Below, in pieces: positions 27,605 to 42,330 of a DNA stretch of 64,000 bases. Position 1 is the stretch's first letter. Every line of letters begins with the position of its first letter. The position numbers and the translations under genes are program-made. This DNA is from Eledone cirrhosa (taxonomy: Eukaryota): the NCBI GenBank assembly GCA_964016885.1, contig OZ024750.1:20584001-20648000 (forward strand), written 5' to 3'. The notes under the pieces are model-generated. The model had not been told where the DNA came from and made no database searches. It worked only from the letters and a program-made list of their open reading frames with translations.

Positions 27605-28545
27605 GTATATATATAAAATAAATCAGTCAAATATTTAAAATTTGGCTTCGTTTATTACTGCTATATATATTTCGGTGACAGCCATCTTTGGCTGTGACCT
27701 CTTCAGGCAGTCCGAATTAGTGTGGTAGAGACGAGTACACATGTTGTTGAGGTGTATAACTTTGTCAATACTCTGATATGCCCAGTTGGTGGTTGGGTTG
27801 TTATTTCACTGAGAAACTGGAATCATATGAATTTAAACAAACGAATTTCAGCGTCAAAGGGCCTCTTCTCCTCTCATTGGTCAGTTGTTAGAACATTCCT
27901 CAGTCAAAAGTCTATAGAAATTCGTTCTGAGGCAAGCCAATCTGTAGTTGCTGTTCTTGTTATTGTTATGTACATTTTTATGCTGGTAGTGGTGTTGTTG
28001 TTGGAGTCAGCTAAAAAAAAAGGTGATAAAGTGGTAGAAGGAATAAGATGGTAAAGGAACAAAATAAAATAAAATTATCGAATAAAATGTGTGTGTGTGT
28101 TATACCCATCTCAATGTTATAAAGATTTGTAAGGTCAAACTTCCCATTGGTCAGTTTTGAGACCATTCCTCAGTCCAAAGTCTATGGAAATTCTTTCTGG
28201 GGTGAGGCTCCCTGTAGTGATCGTGTTTGCTATTGTTAAGTACATCTGACCTCTACCCTTATTTTGGTAGTGTTGTTGTGGTCAGCTTATGTCTTGCTGC
28301 TGCTGACAATTTAGAAGTATCTGTGTGTGTGTTTCTTCATCCCTCCTGCCACCATCTCCCGTGGTGGTGGTGGGAAGTGGGATGTGGGTGGGTGAGTTCT
28401 GCCATGTATATGAAGAAATAGAAGGCAATAAAATGAAGAAAACAGAAAATAAATAATAAAGAGAGAATAAATGAAAAATTAATGAAAAAGTAATGAAAGA
28501 TTACTGAAAAATGAATATGGAAAATGAAAATTGAAGATGAACCCA
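27605..28545 (-). mobile_element. About 940-bp non-coding TA-flanked element with internal direct repeat and 3' hammerhead; non-autonomous Penelope-like candidate
   Basis: Internal repeat cattggtcagtt...cattcctcagtc..aagtctat.gaaattc at about 27875-27940 and 28145-28210; hammerhead at 27657-27711. Confidence 0.7.
27657..27711 (-). ncRNA. Intact minimal type I hammerhead ribozyme (dimeric type)
   Basis: Minus strand actgc CTGAAGA ggtcacagcca aaga tggctgtcacc GAAA tatata TA gcagt; all core nucleotides and stems present. Confidence 0.88.
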
Positions 28546-28556
28546 TATATATATAT

Positions 28557-28596
28557 ATCTACTACAACGGAAATGGGTAGATGGAAACTGAAGAAA

Positions 28597-28642
<46 letters not shown>

Positions 28643-28682
28643 TTTCTTCAGTTTCCATCTACCCATTTCCGTTGTAGTAGAT
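28557..28682. repeat. Perfect 42-bp inverted duplication centred on an (AT)n tract
   Basis: atctactacaacggaaatgggtagatggaaactgaagaaacc-(AT)n-ggtttcttcagtttccatctacccatttccgttgtagtagat. Confidence 0.95.
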
Positions 28683-29061
28683 GTCTCTTGGCCAAGGTTC
28701 TAGGCAGCAACCTGTACTATGATGCACTATGTAGCAAAGAGAGCTACTTATAGACACATAATAAATGCCTGCTACTACAATATTGAAAGTGACAGAATTT
28801 TCACAAATGAGACCTAATTCGAATTTGAAATACTCCAGATGTTGTGGTTACTTGGTTTAGGGTCTAAGGCTGAAACACCTAAAGTCATAAAATAGGTTGC
28901 CGCCGGCACGACACATTAGTTTAAGTTGCTTCAGATCAACCATGTGGCAAAACCCTACCGGTTATTTTAAGAGCACTGCTTACAATTCATATCTATCCTA
29001 AATTTATTTTTCAGGGAGATTCTATGCTAGACACTGTATAGATATATATATAAAGTAATAA

Positions 29062-29185
29062 TAATTGTTTCTGGGTAATTGCTGGCACTAGGCAAGCAAT
29101 TACCCAGTGTATTACTGGTACTTTATTTTATCGACCCCATAAGGATGAAAGGCAATGTTAAACTCGGCGGGATTTGAACTCATAA
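29062..29185 (-). mobile_element. Family S SINE fragment
   Basis: actggtactttattttatcgaccccataaggatgaaaggc...gggatttgaactca. Confidence 0.85.
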
Positions 29186-29274
29186 TGTAATAATAATAAA
29201 TGTGTATATATAGTAATAATAATAAATGTGTATATATATAGCAATAATTATAAATGATAGGCACTGTGTGTATA

Positions 29275-29305
<31 letters not shown>

Positions 29306-29307
29306 AT

Positions 29308-29455
29308 GTGAAGACTAAAATCCGAAGAGGGCTCAACAATGATAATATATATATAAAAATATATAACACCTTAGAGCAAATATTTATTAAAAGAGTTTCA
29401 GAAGATCCCGTTAAGGGTGAAAGCAGCGATTGTTTGCTTAAACGTTAATCTGTTA

Positions 29456-29462
<7 letters not shown>
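29308..29462. mobile_element. Family A element, asymmetric inverted arrangement
   Basis: tgaagactaaaatccgaagagggctc...atttattaaaa joined to gagtttcagaagatcccgttaagggtgaaagcagcg. Confidence 0.8.
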
Positions 29463-29513
<51 letters not shown>

Positions 29514-29990
29514 AACGAATAAACGAAAGTTTTATCTACTGATGTTGACTTCCTGGGTATGTATATATATCAAAATTCAATCAATATAACTGCCAAATCT
29601 TATTTCACAGAATTGAGAAGTTCTATCACATGGTTTACATTAAGAAATGTCTCTTTAGACGAACCAATATCGTACGTCATATTGCTGCTGCAGGATTCTT
29701 GCATTTATTATATCCAGAGTAAATTATTGCAAGACAATGTGGTGAATGCGGTAGAGCTGACATGCAAGCAAACCTTACATTAATTTGGACAGATAGAAAT
29801 AAGATTCGCATAGAAAATTATTATGGTCAACCTCATTCAATTTTATTCAACAATTAAACACACTAAATGATCCCATGGAAATTCCGAGATTTAATTAGAC
29901 GCAACTACGAAGTACTACAATCTTTATATCTATGACGCTTTTAATATTATATATTTTATTTATACGTATGTATATATATATATATATATA

Positions 29991-30193
29991 GTGAAGGAAA
30001 AGTCGTAAGGAACCAGGTGGACCATAACGCACTAAAGTACTCAATACTTAGGGTAGTAGAGTGGGTAATAGGAGTAAGTAAGACCCCGACGGCTGAGCTC
30101 AAGCCGTTTCGACGGCTAATTCTGTACATTGATATTCAGTACAGAATTAGCCGTCGAAACGGCTTGAGCTCAGCCGTCGGGGTCTTACTTACT

Positions 30194-30198
<5 letters not shown>
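29991..30198 (-). mobile_element. Family B fold-back element (palindrome 30068-30198)
   Basis: ataggagtaagtaagaccccgacggctgagctcaagccgtttcgacggctaattctgtac/loop/gtacagaattagccgtcgaaacggc...actcctat; TA-flanked. Confidence 0.85.
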
Positions 30199-30239
<41 letters not shown>

Positions 30240-31069
30240 CACGCTTATTATTATCGTTCGCGATGTAAGAGTTTATACTGCATCGCCTCATGAATGCAAC
30301 TAGTTTGTTGTCTCTCTCTCCCTATCTCGCTCTATCTATCTATGTATCTCTCCCTCTATTTTCTGTCACACACAAACCCACACACGCATACACACATGCA
30401 CTCGATCTTAATATCCCTTTTTCAATCATGGCCGATGTTTTATACAAAACATAGTAATGTTTAAATTTAACAGATGCAGAATATTGCTGCATATATGAAA
30501 GGCAGAATAAATTATTGAAAGGCAATATTGTGAATGCAGTACAGTTGGAAAGTAAGCAATCTTAACATAGGTTTAGACAGACATAAATAAGATTCGTATG
30601 GAATGATTTTATGGTCGACCTCCAGCTCCTTGAATTGTATTTGCCAATTAAATACATTGATATTCAGCTAGAACTTTACATTGCTACATCTATCAAAACG
30701 AACACCAAGACTAATTTATGAATTTCTTCCGCAAGTAGTGTGAATTCTACCACACACTCGTTCATTCAAACTATGCGTGTAAATAGAAGATATAATGCCT
30801 CTCTCTTTGTATGTATATATATAGGTGTTTGTTTCCGTGTGTGTTATGCAGTTGTGTGTTTCTTATTGCGTACACAAAAATATGTATGCGAGTTTATCTA
30901 TAGGTGTGTGTGCATATTAGTATATTTGTGTGTACGTGTGTGTATATGTGTGAGAGTTTGTATGGTTGTCTGCGTGCCTGTATGTAAAATGCAATAAATA
31001 ATTATTTAAGCCCGATTTACACATAGTGTGTATACATGCATACCTTCATGAATATATTTGACATTGTGG

Positions 31070-31260
31070 ACGCATCATTGTGTTAAGGTTACGGATTTCA
31101 CTACGCAATATTTACGTCCTGGGCTTAATGGCTTTATAGAGCATATTGGGCTAGCCGCATGTCCACCAATGCTCTGTGTCAATTTGTGCACACAAAATTT
31201 GTTTTGAAGACAGTGAGATGAGAAGTGACTGAAATTTAAAGAAGCACATTTCTCACACAC
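31070..31260 (+). pseudogene. Possible decayed Tc1/mariner transposase C-terminal fragment
   Basis: HHCVKVTDF...PG...IEHIGLAACPP loosely matches the H....V..FL...FPG..IG..G...WPP(RSPDL) region. Confidence 0.25.
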
Positions 31261-31795
31261 TATCTTGTTCAATATTTCTGGGATTTTGCTTAACGATTCA
31301 CCGACCTGTGAAATCTTCACCTTCTAAAGTATTAATTTTATACGCAGTATGACCTCTTCATCGAGTGCCTGAAACACTTATGGTCGACAATGTTAAACCT
31401 CGATTCCAGGTGGACTACTAATAGATTTGCTTCGTAATAAAATGTTTCAGGTTTCAATCACACTCAACGTGAGAATCCCTACATACTCAACATATTTCCA
31501 ATAAAGAGCAATGAATGCGTGTGGCTTTATAAATAGTTATTGTACCGTTATATACCGTATATGTATGTATATATATATATATATATATTATGGAATACTG
31601 TTGGCTTTTGGCTCCAATGTTTTCTATACCTTTCATTTATATATATATATATATATATATAGTATTCACAACCTCTAACTGGATTACCTATACCGATATT
31701 GTTATCCCTTATATATATATATATAGTTCATATATAAGGTTTAATATAGGAATGGTTTCTACAGCACTAGAACAGTTTCATTTGAGGGAAATCAT

Positions 31796-31826
<31 letters not shown>

Positions 31827-31828
<2 letters not shown>

Positions 31829-32029
31829 GGAACCAGTAAGACCCCGACAGCTGAGCTCAAGCCGTTTCGACGGCTAATTCTGGACTAATTCTAGTCCAGA
31901 ATTAGCTGTCGAAACGGCTTGAGCTCAGCTGTCGGGGTCTTACTGGTTCCTATTACCCACTCTACTACCTCAAGTATTGAGTACTTTGGTGCGTTATGGT
32001 CCACCTGGTTCCTTACCACATTTCCTTCG

Positions 32030-32031
<2 letters not shown>
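31827..32031 (+). mobile_element. Family B fold-back element (palindrome 31827-31952 plus 3' tail)
   Basis: taggaaccagtaagacccc...tggacta attc tagtcca...ggggtcttactggttccta, then tail ending tttccttcgt-(TA)n. Confidence 0.85.
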
Positions 32032-32072
<41 letters not shown>

Positions 32073-32426
32073 GTGTGTGTGCGCGTGTGTGCACGAATGT
32101 ATGGCTGTGGGTGTATGTAATTGGTTGTGTCTATGTGTGGGTGTGTGTACTTAACCCTCAAAAGATAGATTTCAAGTGTATTTATCGCAAATAAACCGTG
32201 AAATAGTTACACCAACACAATCGTCAAAATATTATTTCTTCAGAAGAAAAATGTTGACATCGAGTAAACATTTGCTTGACGTGACCTTATCTTCTTTCAA
32301 GCCATTCGAAGTAAAAATATATTTTACCACACGTTAAAATTATGATCGGAAGAATTTATGTTTTGCTCACTATTGTAAATAGGTGAACAATAATAATACC
32401 AGGTGATATGTGATAATTTTATATAT

Positions 32427-32470
<44 letters not shown>

Positions 32471-32559
32471 CACATATATGCATTGGGAAAATGAAATCAC
32501 ATGATGCACATGACAGGTGCAATGTGTCCGAACACAGAAGAGCCGAACCCCCACCGTCA

Positions 32560-32935
32560 TCACACCCATCTCTCTCGCCCTCCCCATCTCTCTGTATAGT
32601 GAGCAAATGGGGTGCCACGCGCCGGCCTCCCTGCAGCACCATGGACAGAATGGAAAAGTTGTTTCCCCGAGCAGGGTAAGAGAGATGCCCTGGAAGGGTC
32701 ATTCCATCTTGCGAAGCTCACAGCTGCGGTGGTGAGTAGGGAGGTAGCCCTAGGGCCAAGGCCACCAGAAGTCTCCATTGCCAAGTGCATGACCACAAAC
32801 CTGTCGGAGAGCGACCGATACTTGGAGAGTTCGCCCTCCTCAGCCCGAAGTGCAGCAGAACCAGGGTTTGTCACGAGGGGTTTTACTGGCGGAATGGGAG
32901 TATACGTACGGTCGGCTAACATGGCATTCGCCACG
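32560..32935 (-). pseudogene. 3' fragment of a CRE-type non-LTR retrotransposon (restriction-like endonuclease region)
   Basis: PGSAALRAEEGELSKYRSLSDRFVVMHLAMETSGGLGPRA matches the G.AA..AE..K..KY...F...A.ET.G..GP.A pattern; local GC enrichment; frameshifted. Confidence 0.75.
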
Positions 32936-34286
32936 TTATCGATATTGGTATCAGCAGCCGCAAGAATAAAATCAAAACCAACAGCAATGAAATCAATGCT
33001 ATCTATGATAATAATTATATATTTTATATTATGTACATAAAAATTGTGTACAACAAAATATTGGTATAATTAAAGCATCGTTATGCTAATATTTACTGAG
33101 AAGTTAAGTGAACTTACAGACGCCATTGATAGATATTTCATACGAGACCTATGAGGTCATAATTTAACAATAGTGTTAGAAACAAAAAAGTAAAGAGCGG
33201 AGGGTTATAACATGTATACATCCTTCCGTCTATTTGTAGACACATATTTCCTGCTGGAGTGCTAGATCCACTGTCTGTATCAGTTTAAACTTGCGGGGGC
33301 AGAAATATCTGCAGCTTAGGGTACAGTCCATTATTTCTGGTGATGAAGGAGGTTTCTAGATACAGAGAGAGCGGAAGAATATAGGTTGGGTAATTTCATC
33401 TATGGAAGCAGTGGCGATTCGATATAAAATATGTGCCTCACTTGCAAAATGTGTGCCCCAGTATGACGATGATCTACTATTGGAAATCAGTAAATAAATA
33501 TACGAATGATGTCAGTGAATATAACTTCTAATTGAACATAAATATCATAACGTCGATGCATATAACTATTATTCAAAACAAACAAAATACAAAATATTTT
33601 TTAGATATCTCCATTTTACAAAATATATTACATTAATGTTAAGTGTACATGTTATTTCACATAAATATTCCTCAATATCTTTCGCTTTCTTGAATGTTAT
33701 TAACGCGCTGTTTAAATTGCCTTCCATTTTGTTGTTAACGTGTATTTTTTCTTTACACATTTTTATATAACGTCTTCTGATAACCTGCAATTAAGTTGAT
33801 AGAACTATTAAATGTTCTGATGAAGAAAAAAACATTAATTGATCATGAATATTTATGGGCTACTTTACAAATTAGTTAATTACTTAGAACCGATATCAGA
33901 ATTATAATATAAACGTTTTAATATAATAGGATGGACCTTCGTCAGTTTTGAATAGGAATATACAAGTTTTTCGGTCAAAAGGAACAGCCAGCTGAAGAAA
34001 TACGTTGGTAGAGAGCTGAGTATTCCACAATCACATCCAGACTTATTCACAGTCTATGATGGCACTTGAAATTACAGATGAACCTCATACGATGGGAATC
34101 TACCTAATTTTACTCGCATAGATTTTATCGAAATTAATCCATGGTAAATTACATCTTTGTTTGCATTTCTGATGCAATTTCAGAGCAATGTTTTTGAAAC
34201 ACGTCTTAGCTGCCAAAGTATGTGACCTGAGGCAGAAACGTATACATAAATGTCCACAAGATTTAGACGTATGCAGCTGCTTGGAG

Positions 34287-34316
<30 letters not shown>

Positions 34317-34321
<5 letters not shown>

Positions 34322-34518
34322 AAAAGAGTCAGGACACCGACGGCTGAGCTCCGGGCGTGTTGACAGCTACATCCGAACAGTTCGGATCTAGCTGCGAAGC
34401 GGCTGGAATATAGCCGTTGGAGTCCTGACTCTTTTCCTATTACCCCCTCTACTATCCTAAGTATTGACTATTATGGTGCGCTATGTTCCACTTGGGATCT
34501 TATCACACCCTCTTTGCT
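34317..34518 (+). mobile_element. Diverged family B fold-back element
   Basis: ataggaaaagagtcaggac...atccgaac a gttcggat...gtcctgactcttttcctat, then taccccctctactatcctaagtattgac tail. Confidence 0.75.
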
Positions 34519-35588
34519 ATATACATATATATATGTGTGTGAGTGTGCGTGTGTGTGTCTATGTGTGTGTATGTGTATATATTTTGCGGGCGAGTTTCTG
34601 TATCTCTTGTCATTCATTGTACCTCTTAAACATATAGACAAGTACACATACGATTGTTATTTTATATCTAAAGCAATGTATCCAAAACAGACTGGGTGCA
34701 TTTGATTGTCTTAATTCTATATAACTTAAAATCTCGATACGCAAGCTTATTATAGATAAATTGAAAGCAACTTTATGAGATACCGTTATTAATGTATACA
34801 TCTCTGTGCTATTATTATCTAAATATGAATTTAAATTGGTCCATTAACCTAACGTTAACGGAAGGTAAATTGGTAAACCTTAATAAGCACTTTACATGTC
34901 ACTGATGTACATAGGTTAATGAATGTAATACAGTCATATTATAATTACCATATCTTTTTTTTTGTCTCGCTTACAATTGCTGTTAGAGCTAAAAATAATA
35001 GCTGCTGCAAACCAACTGTAATGTAGTTTAATATAATATATGATGTTAATGGCATCTACTGAAACGACAATTTCACAAAGTCATACTGCGCGGAACTTTA
35101 GGCAAGTGTATTCCATTACAGCCTCGCATTAACCAAAATCTCTTGTTGGATAAATATGGAAATGGGAAAAGGAGAGAAAGCACGTCTCGCATATACACAT
35201 ACACACACAAACACGATCAGGACAGGAACATACGTACATATGAGCGCACGTGCCAAATATAAAGCCACACACAGGACAGACGTGAGATTATGCGCAGATA
35301 AAGAAACGTACCACAGAAACATAAAATGTAGAATACAAAATAAGCCCAGATAGAGGAGGAGGGGCATAGAAAGAAAATAGAGATTGCGAAGAGTTGAGAA
35401 TGAGTTATAAATGTAATTTCAGGAACTAATTATGAAAATAAAGCTGAAGAGAAAACTATGTAGTTCACGTGTTTTTACTGGCAATATTGGCACATGATCA
35501 AACCCATGTATATATATATATAGTTCTATCGTTACTTTGCTATATTATTGTGTGTTAGATTTTTCCTACCACAATGTTCGATTTGTCA

Positions 35589-35720
35589 AGCTATTTAAAC
35601 GTATGTTATTACTCTAAGGACCTAACTTATCGAGTGCTTTGCTAACTCATCATTTCATATAAGTAGGCCGAATTTGCTTGCAAGCCGCCAGAGATTCGAT
35701 TTTACTAAATTTCCAATTAT
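35589..35720 (+). mobile_element. Family E element tail
   Basis: agctatttaaacgtatgtta...ttcatataagtaggccgaatt...ccgccagagattcgattttact shared with 58759-58885. Confidence 0.75.
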
Positions 35721-36164
35721 ATTATTCTCCTAGATTTAATAATTAACTAATTAATTTAATTAGACAATTATGTTGATTGGTTAATTATTTGTCTTTGTCG
35801 AGAGCTTATTATGATGATTAGCGGAAATTAAAATATTTCCTTAGTCTAACATTTTGAATGACCCGCCAAAAACCGGGGGTTATTTCCCTTGCTGGAATTA
35901 ACACGTGACAGCTATAGATACGATACGCTGCACCTAGCAGCAACATTTAGCCTATCACCCCTGTTCTGGGTAGAACGAAAAGCCTGTTGAAAAACTGAAT
36001 CATCTGTCCGATCATGAATACCACGGGCTTGCCAGTCACGTAAGTCTGATATTTGATTTCAGAAACACTTTAAACGTATAATCGTTTGATTTGTCCAGGT
36101 GTATTTTTCTCAACCTATTAGTTTTATCGGTACTTTGGTATATTATTGTGTCAAATTTTGCCTC

Positions 36165-37591
<1,427 letters not shown>

Positions 37592-37598
<7 letters not shown>

Positions 37599-37987
37599 TT
37601 CGTTTCTGAATTTGTTTAGCAAGATTCTTTATCTGAAATCGTGTGTTGAAACCGATACTGTTACACTTTGGGAGGGTCATGTTGCCAATAAGAAACACAC
37701 GCACCAGTGCTTTCACTTCAATTTATTATAATAAATTTATAAATTTATAAATTTCTGGTTGGTTGGTTGGTTCCACAACCAGATAGTTGTTTATATATTG
37801 TCACAGTTCTTTCGTCACACACTCCGTGACCTCTTCAGTGACTGGGGATTCTTTTTTTTTTTTTTTTTTTTTTTTTTCCAACCAACCAAACATTTATAAA
37901 TTTATAAATTTATTATAATAAATTGAAGTGAAAGCAACTGGTGCGTGTGTTTCTTATTGGCAACATGACCCTCCCAAAGTATAACAA
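37592..37987 (-). mobile_element. Family H element with partial inverted arm and hammerhead (37800-37842)
   Basis: Minus strand gtca CTGAAGA ggtcac ggagtgt gtgac GAAA gaac TG tgac; arms about 37659-37772 and 37878-37986 are inverted. Confidence 0.8.
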
Positions 37988-38805
<818 letters not shown>

Positions 38806-38880
38806 ATCTACCAAGAGTTTACGGTAGTGTCCAATCCGTATGAAGAACTCAATGTAATTATTTATTATCAATAAATATAT

Positions 38881-39034
38881 TTCATTATTTCTGAAGACGG
38901 CATATATATGTGTTGGTATGTATATTTAATTTTGATAGTTTGTATAATTTTGTATAATTTTGTACATAGATCTGTTGAATATGCATGCCAATTCTAACAC
39001 ATATATATCCTAGAAACGATCGTTAAATGATGAA
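38881..39034 (+). ncRNA. Type I hammerhead ribozyme with long stem II (family F element, 38806-39097)
   Basis: 10-bp stem I ttcattattt/aaatgatgaa; CTGAAGA 38891-38897; 19-position stem II cggcatatatatgtgttgg/ctaacacatatatatccta; GAAA; palindromic cgatcg; GUU site. Confidence 0.82.
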
Positions 39035-39095
39035 CTTTTTTTGTTTAATATAAGGAACTGTTTCATTGTTTTATTCATTATTTTTTTAATATTTT

Positions 39096-39470
39096 ATGTA
39101 TATATATATATGTATATATATATGTATATATATATGTATATATATATATGTATATGTATATATATATATGTATATATATGTATATATATATGTATGTATA
39201 TATATGTATATATATATGTATATATATGTATATATATATGTATATATATATATGTATATATATATGTATATATATATGTATATATATATGTATATATATA
39301 TATGTATATATATATATGTATATATATATATGTATATATATATGTATGTATATATATATATATGTATGTATATATATATGTATATATATATATGTATATA
39401 TATATGTATATATATATGTATGTATATATATGTATATATATATGTATATATATATGTATGTATATATATG

Positions 39471-39505
<35 letters not shown>

Positions 39506-39630
39506 GTATATATATATGTATATATATATGTATATATATATGTATATATATATGTATATATATATGTATGTATATATATATATGTATATATATATGTATG
39601 TATATATATATATGTATATATATATGTATC

Positions 39631-39669
<39 letters not shown>

Positions 39670-39972
39670 GTATATATATATATGTATATATATATGTATA
39701 TATGTATGTATATATATATGTATGTATATATATATGTATGTATATATATATGTATGTATATATATATGTATGTATATATATATGTATGTATATATATATG
39801 TATGTATATGTATATATATATATATATGTATATATATATGTATATATATATGTGTATATATATATATATGTATATATATATGTATATATATATGTATATA
39901 TATATGTATATATATATATATATGTATATATATATGTATATATATATGTATATATATATGTATATATATATG

Positions 39973-40053
<81 letters not shown>

Positions 40054-40083
40054 GTATTTATATTATTTATATGTATGTATATG

Positions 40084-40118
<35 letters not shown>

Positions 40119-40166
40119 GTATTTATATTATTTATATGTATGTATATGTATATATGTATGTATATG

Positions 40167-40201
<35 letters not shown>

Positions 40202-40231
40202 GTATTTATATTATTTATATGTATGTATATG

Positions 40232-40264
<33 letters not shown>

Positions 40265-40305
40265 GTATTTATATTATTTATATGTATGTATTTATATATA
40301 TATAT
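39096..40305. repeat. Long (TA)n/(TATG) microsatellite
   Basis: Direct reading. Confidence 0.95.
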
Positions 40306-40874
40306 GCATGGTACCCCAAAAATTTATACGCACTTTGTATATATATATATTTATATTTACTTTCGAAGACGTAATGAAGACCAATTGGACTTCACTCTCT
40401 CTGTTTCTTATTCTAAATTTCATCTTCGTAAGAGCGAAGTTCAGACATATTTATATCTGTCATCATTTAGAGATAAATGTATTCAAACCTGAATTCATTT
40501 CATGTAAATATATGATAAACCGTAATGTCAGGACTATGGTTGTAGTTTAAATAATTTGAATTTACTTTATTTCCATGCATTTATCGAATTTTTTTATAGG
40601 TATATATTTTATTTATATATTTGTTTTTATAAAGATAAAATACATCAATCGATAAATATCATTTCAGTTTCAAGAAATGCCTACATTATATACGTTATGT
40701 TGCACACGGGTATATATTATATGTATTCAGGTGAGAAGGCATTATTGCTTTATATTTCATGAAGTGTAAAATGTCATTCGCTTTGGGAGTGTTTGATTTA
40801 TGATCAAAGAAATGAACAACAACGACGACGACGACGACAGCAGCATTGGCAACAACAACAATGATAATAATAAT

Positions 40875-41042
40875 AATTGTTTCTACATTTGGCACAAGGC
40901 CAGCAATAACACAGTACATTACTGGTACTTTATTTCATCGACCCCGTAAGGATGAAAGGTAAAGTTAACCTTGGCGGGATTTGAACTCAGACCGCAAAGG
41001 GAGGTAACTATGCTAGAAGGCATTGCGTCCAACCCTCTACCG

Positions 41043-41076
<34 letters not shown>

Positions 41077-41487
41077 TGAACTCAGAATGGCAAGGGCCGT
41101 AACTCTATACGCCAAAGCATAATAATAATAATGATAATAATAATAATAATAATAATTGTTTCTACTTTAGGCACAAGGCCAGTAATTACCCAGTGCATTA
41201 CTGGTACTTTATTTTATCGACCCCGTAAGGATGAAAGGCAAAGTCAACCTCGGCGGGATTTGAGCTATTATTATAATAATAATAATAATAATAATAATTG
41301 TTTCTACTTTAGGCACAAGCCCAGCAATTAACCAGTACATTACTGGTACTTTATTTCATCGACCCCGTAATAATAATAATCGACCCAATAATAATAATAA
41401 TAATTGTTTCTATTTTAGGCATAAGGCCAGCAATTACCCAGTACATTACTGGTACTTTATTTTATCGACCCCGTAAATAATAATAAC
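40875..41487 (-). mobile_element. Array of family S SINE copies and fragments separated by (AAT)n
   Basis: attgtttcta...ggcacaaggccagc...atcgaccccgtaa starts at about 40876, 41154, 41297 and 41403, with decreasing length. Confidence 0.85.
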
Positions 41488-41489
41488 CA

Positions 41490-42330
41490 GACAGTGACGG
41501 CACTGTAAATTCCAGCTGCATAAGTATTAACTGTTGTATCTTTCAAGGTGATATCTTTAACCTCCGATATTGTATTGCATTCACACCCCTGTCTTTAGCA
41601 CTCAACTGTTGTATATGGATGACTTGAAGCTGTATACCAAAATTGACAAAGAATGAGAAGGCCGGCTGAAGAGAGTTAAGGTGCTCATCGTTCCAAATCA
41701 ACATTGAAGAAAGGCAGAATGACAGTACAAACCCGATGGAAATAGATGTGTTTACAGTAATTCGGAAACTAGAACAGGAAAGCCTACAGATAACTAGGGT
41801 TTAAAGAGGGCAACATATTTAGCACGCCAACATGAAAGAGAGATTCAGAAAGGATTATGGCTGGAATGTACGTGCTGCTTTAAACAACTCAGCTTAACTC
41901 GAAAAATAAACTATCCGCCATAAATGCGCTTGCTATCTCGGTTGTTACCTAGAGTTCCAATATCATCAATTGGACAGTTAAGGACATTAAGAAAATGGAC
42001 ATGAAACTCAGGAAACGTTTGACCATCATCCAAAAGCATATATGGATCGCCTCTATCTCCCTAGAATGATCCACGGCGAGTTGTTGTACAGGATAACGAA
42101 CATCGGACACATTAAGTACTTTAAAATCACAGATAACTGGATGATGGTTTCAGATCCTGAAATGATGAGAAGTTTACATTCAGTCACAAAAAAAAGTAGG
42201 AAGCTTGCGGAAGATTTGGGAATACATTTCGAAATAATCACGTTTCTGCAATTAAAACCGCAAAGAATAACAATGTTTTGGCAAAATTGAAAGCGAACAG
42301 AGACTGTGCAGTGAATCGGAGCAAATACCA
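41490..42330 (+). pseudogene. Decayed R4/Dong-type LINE reverse transcriptase fragment
   Basis: IFQGD..., FTPLS, LYMDDLKLY, AINALAISVVT*SSNIINWT..DIKKMD.KLRK.LT, DRLYLPR in the expected order; stops and frameshifts. Confidence 0.8.

Noticed and set aside
27722-28054. 110-aa ORF with a hydrophobic stretch
   Set aside because: Lies antisense within the hammerhead-bearing element; the hydrophobic run derives from GTT/GGT simple repeats; no recognisable domain
32612-33040. 142-aa plus-strand ORF
   Set aside because: Antisense shadow of the GC-rich CRE-type retrotransposon fragment on the minus strand
40875-41487. Repeat-spacer appearance resembling a CRISPR array
   Set aside because: Repeats are variable-length SINE fragments, spacers are (AAT)n, the context is eukaryotic and no cas genes are present
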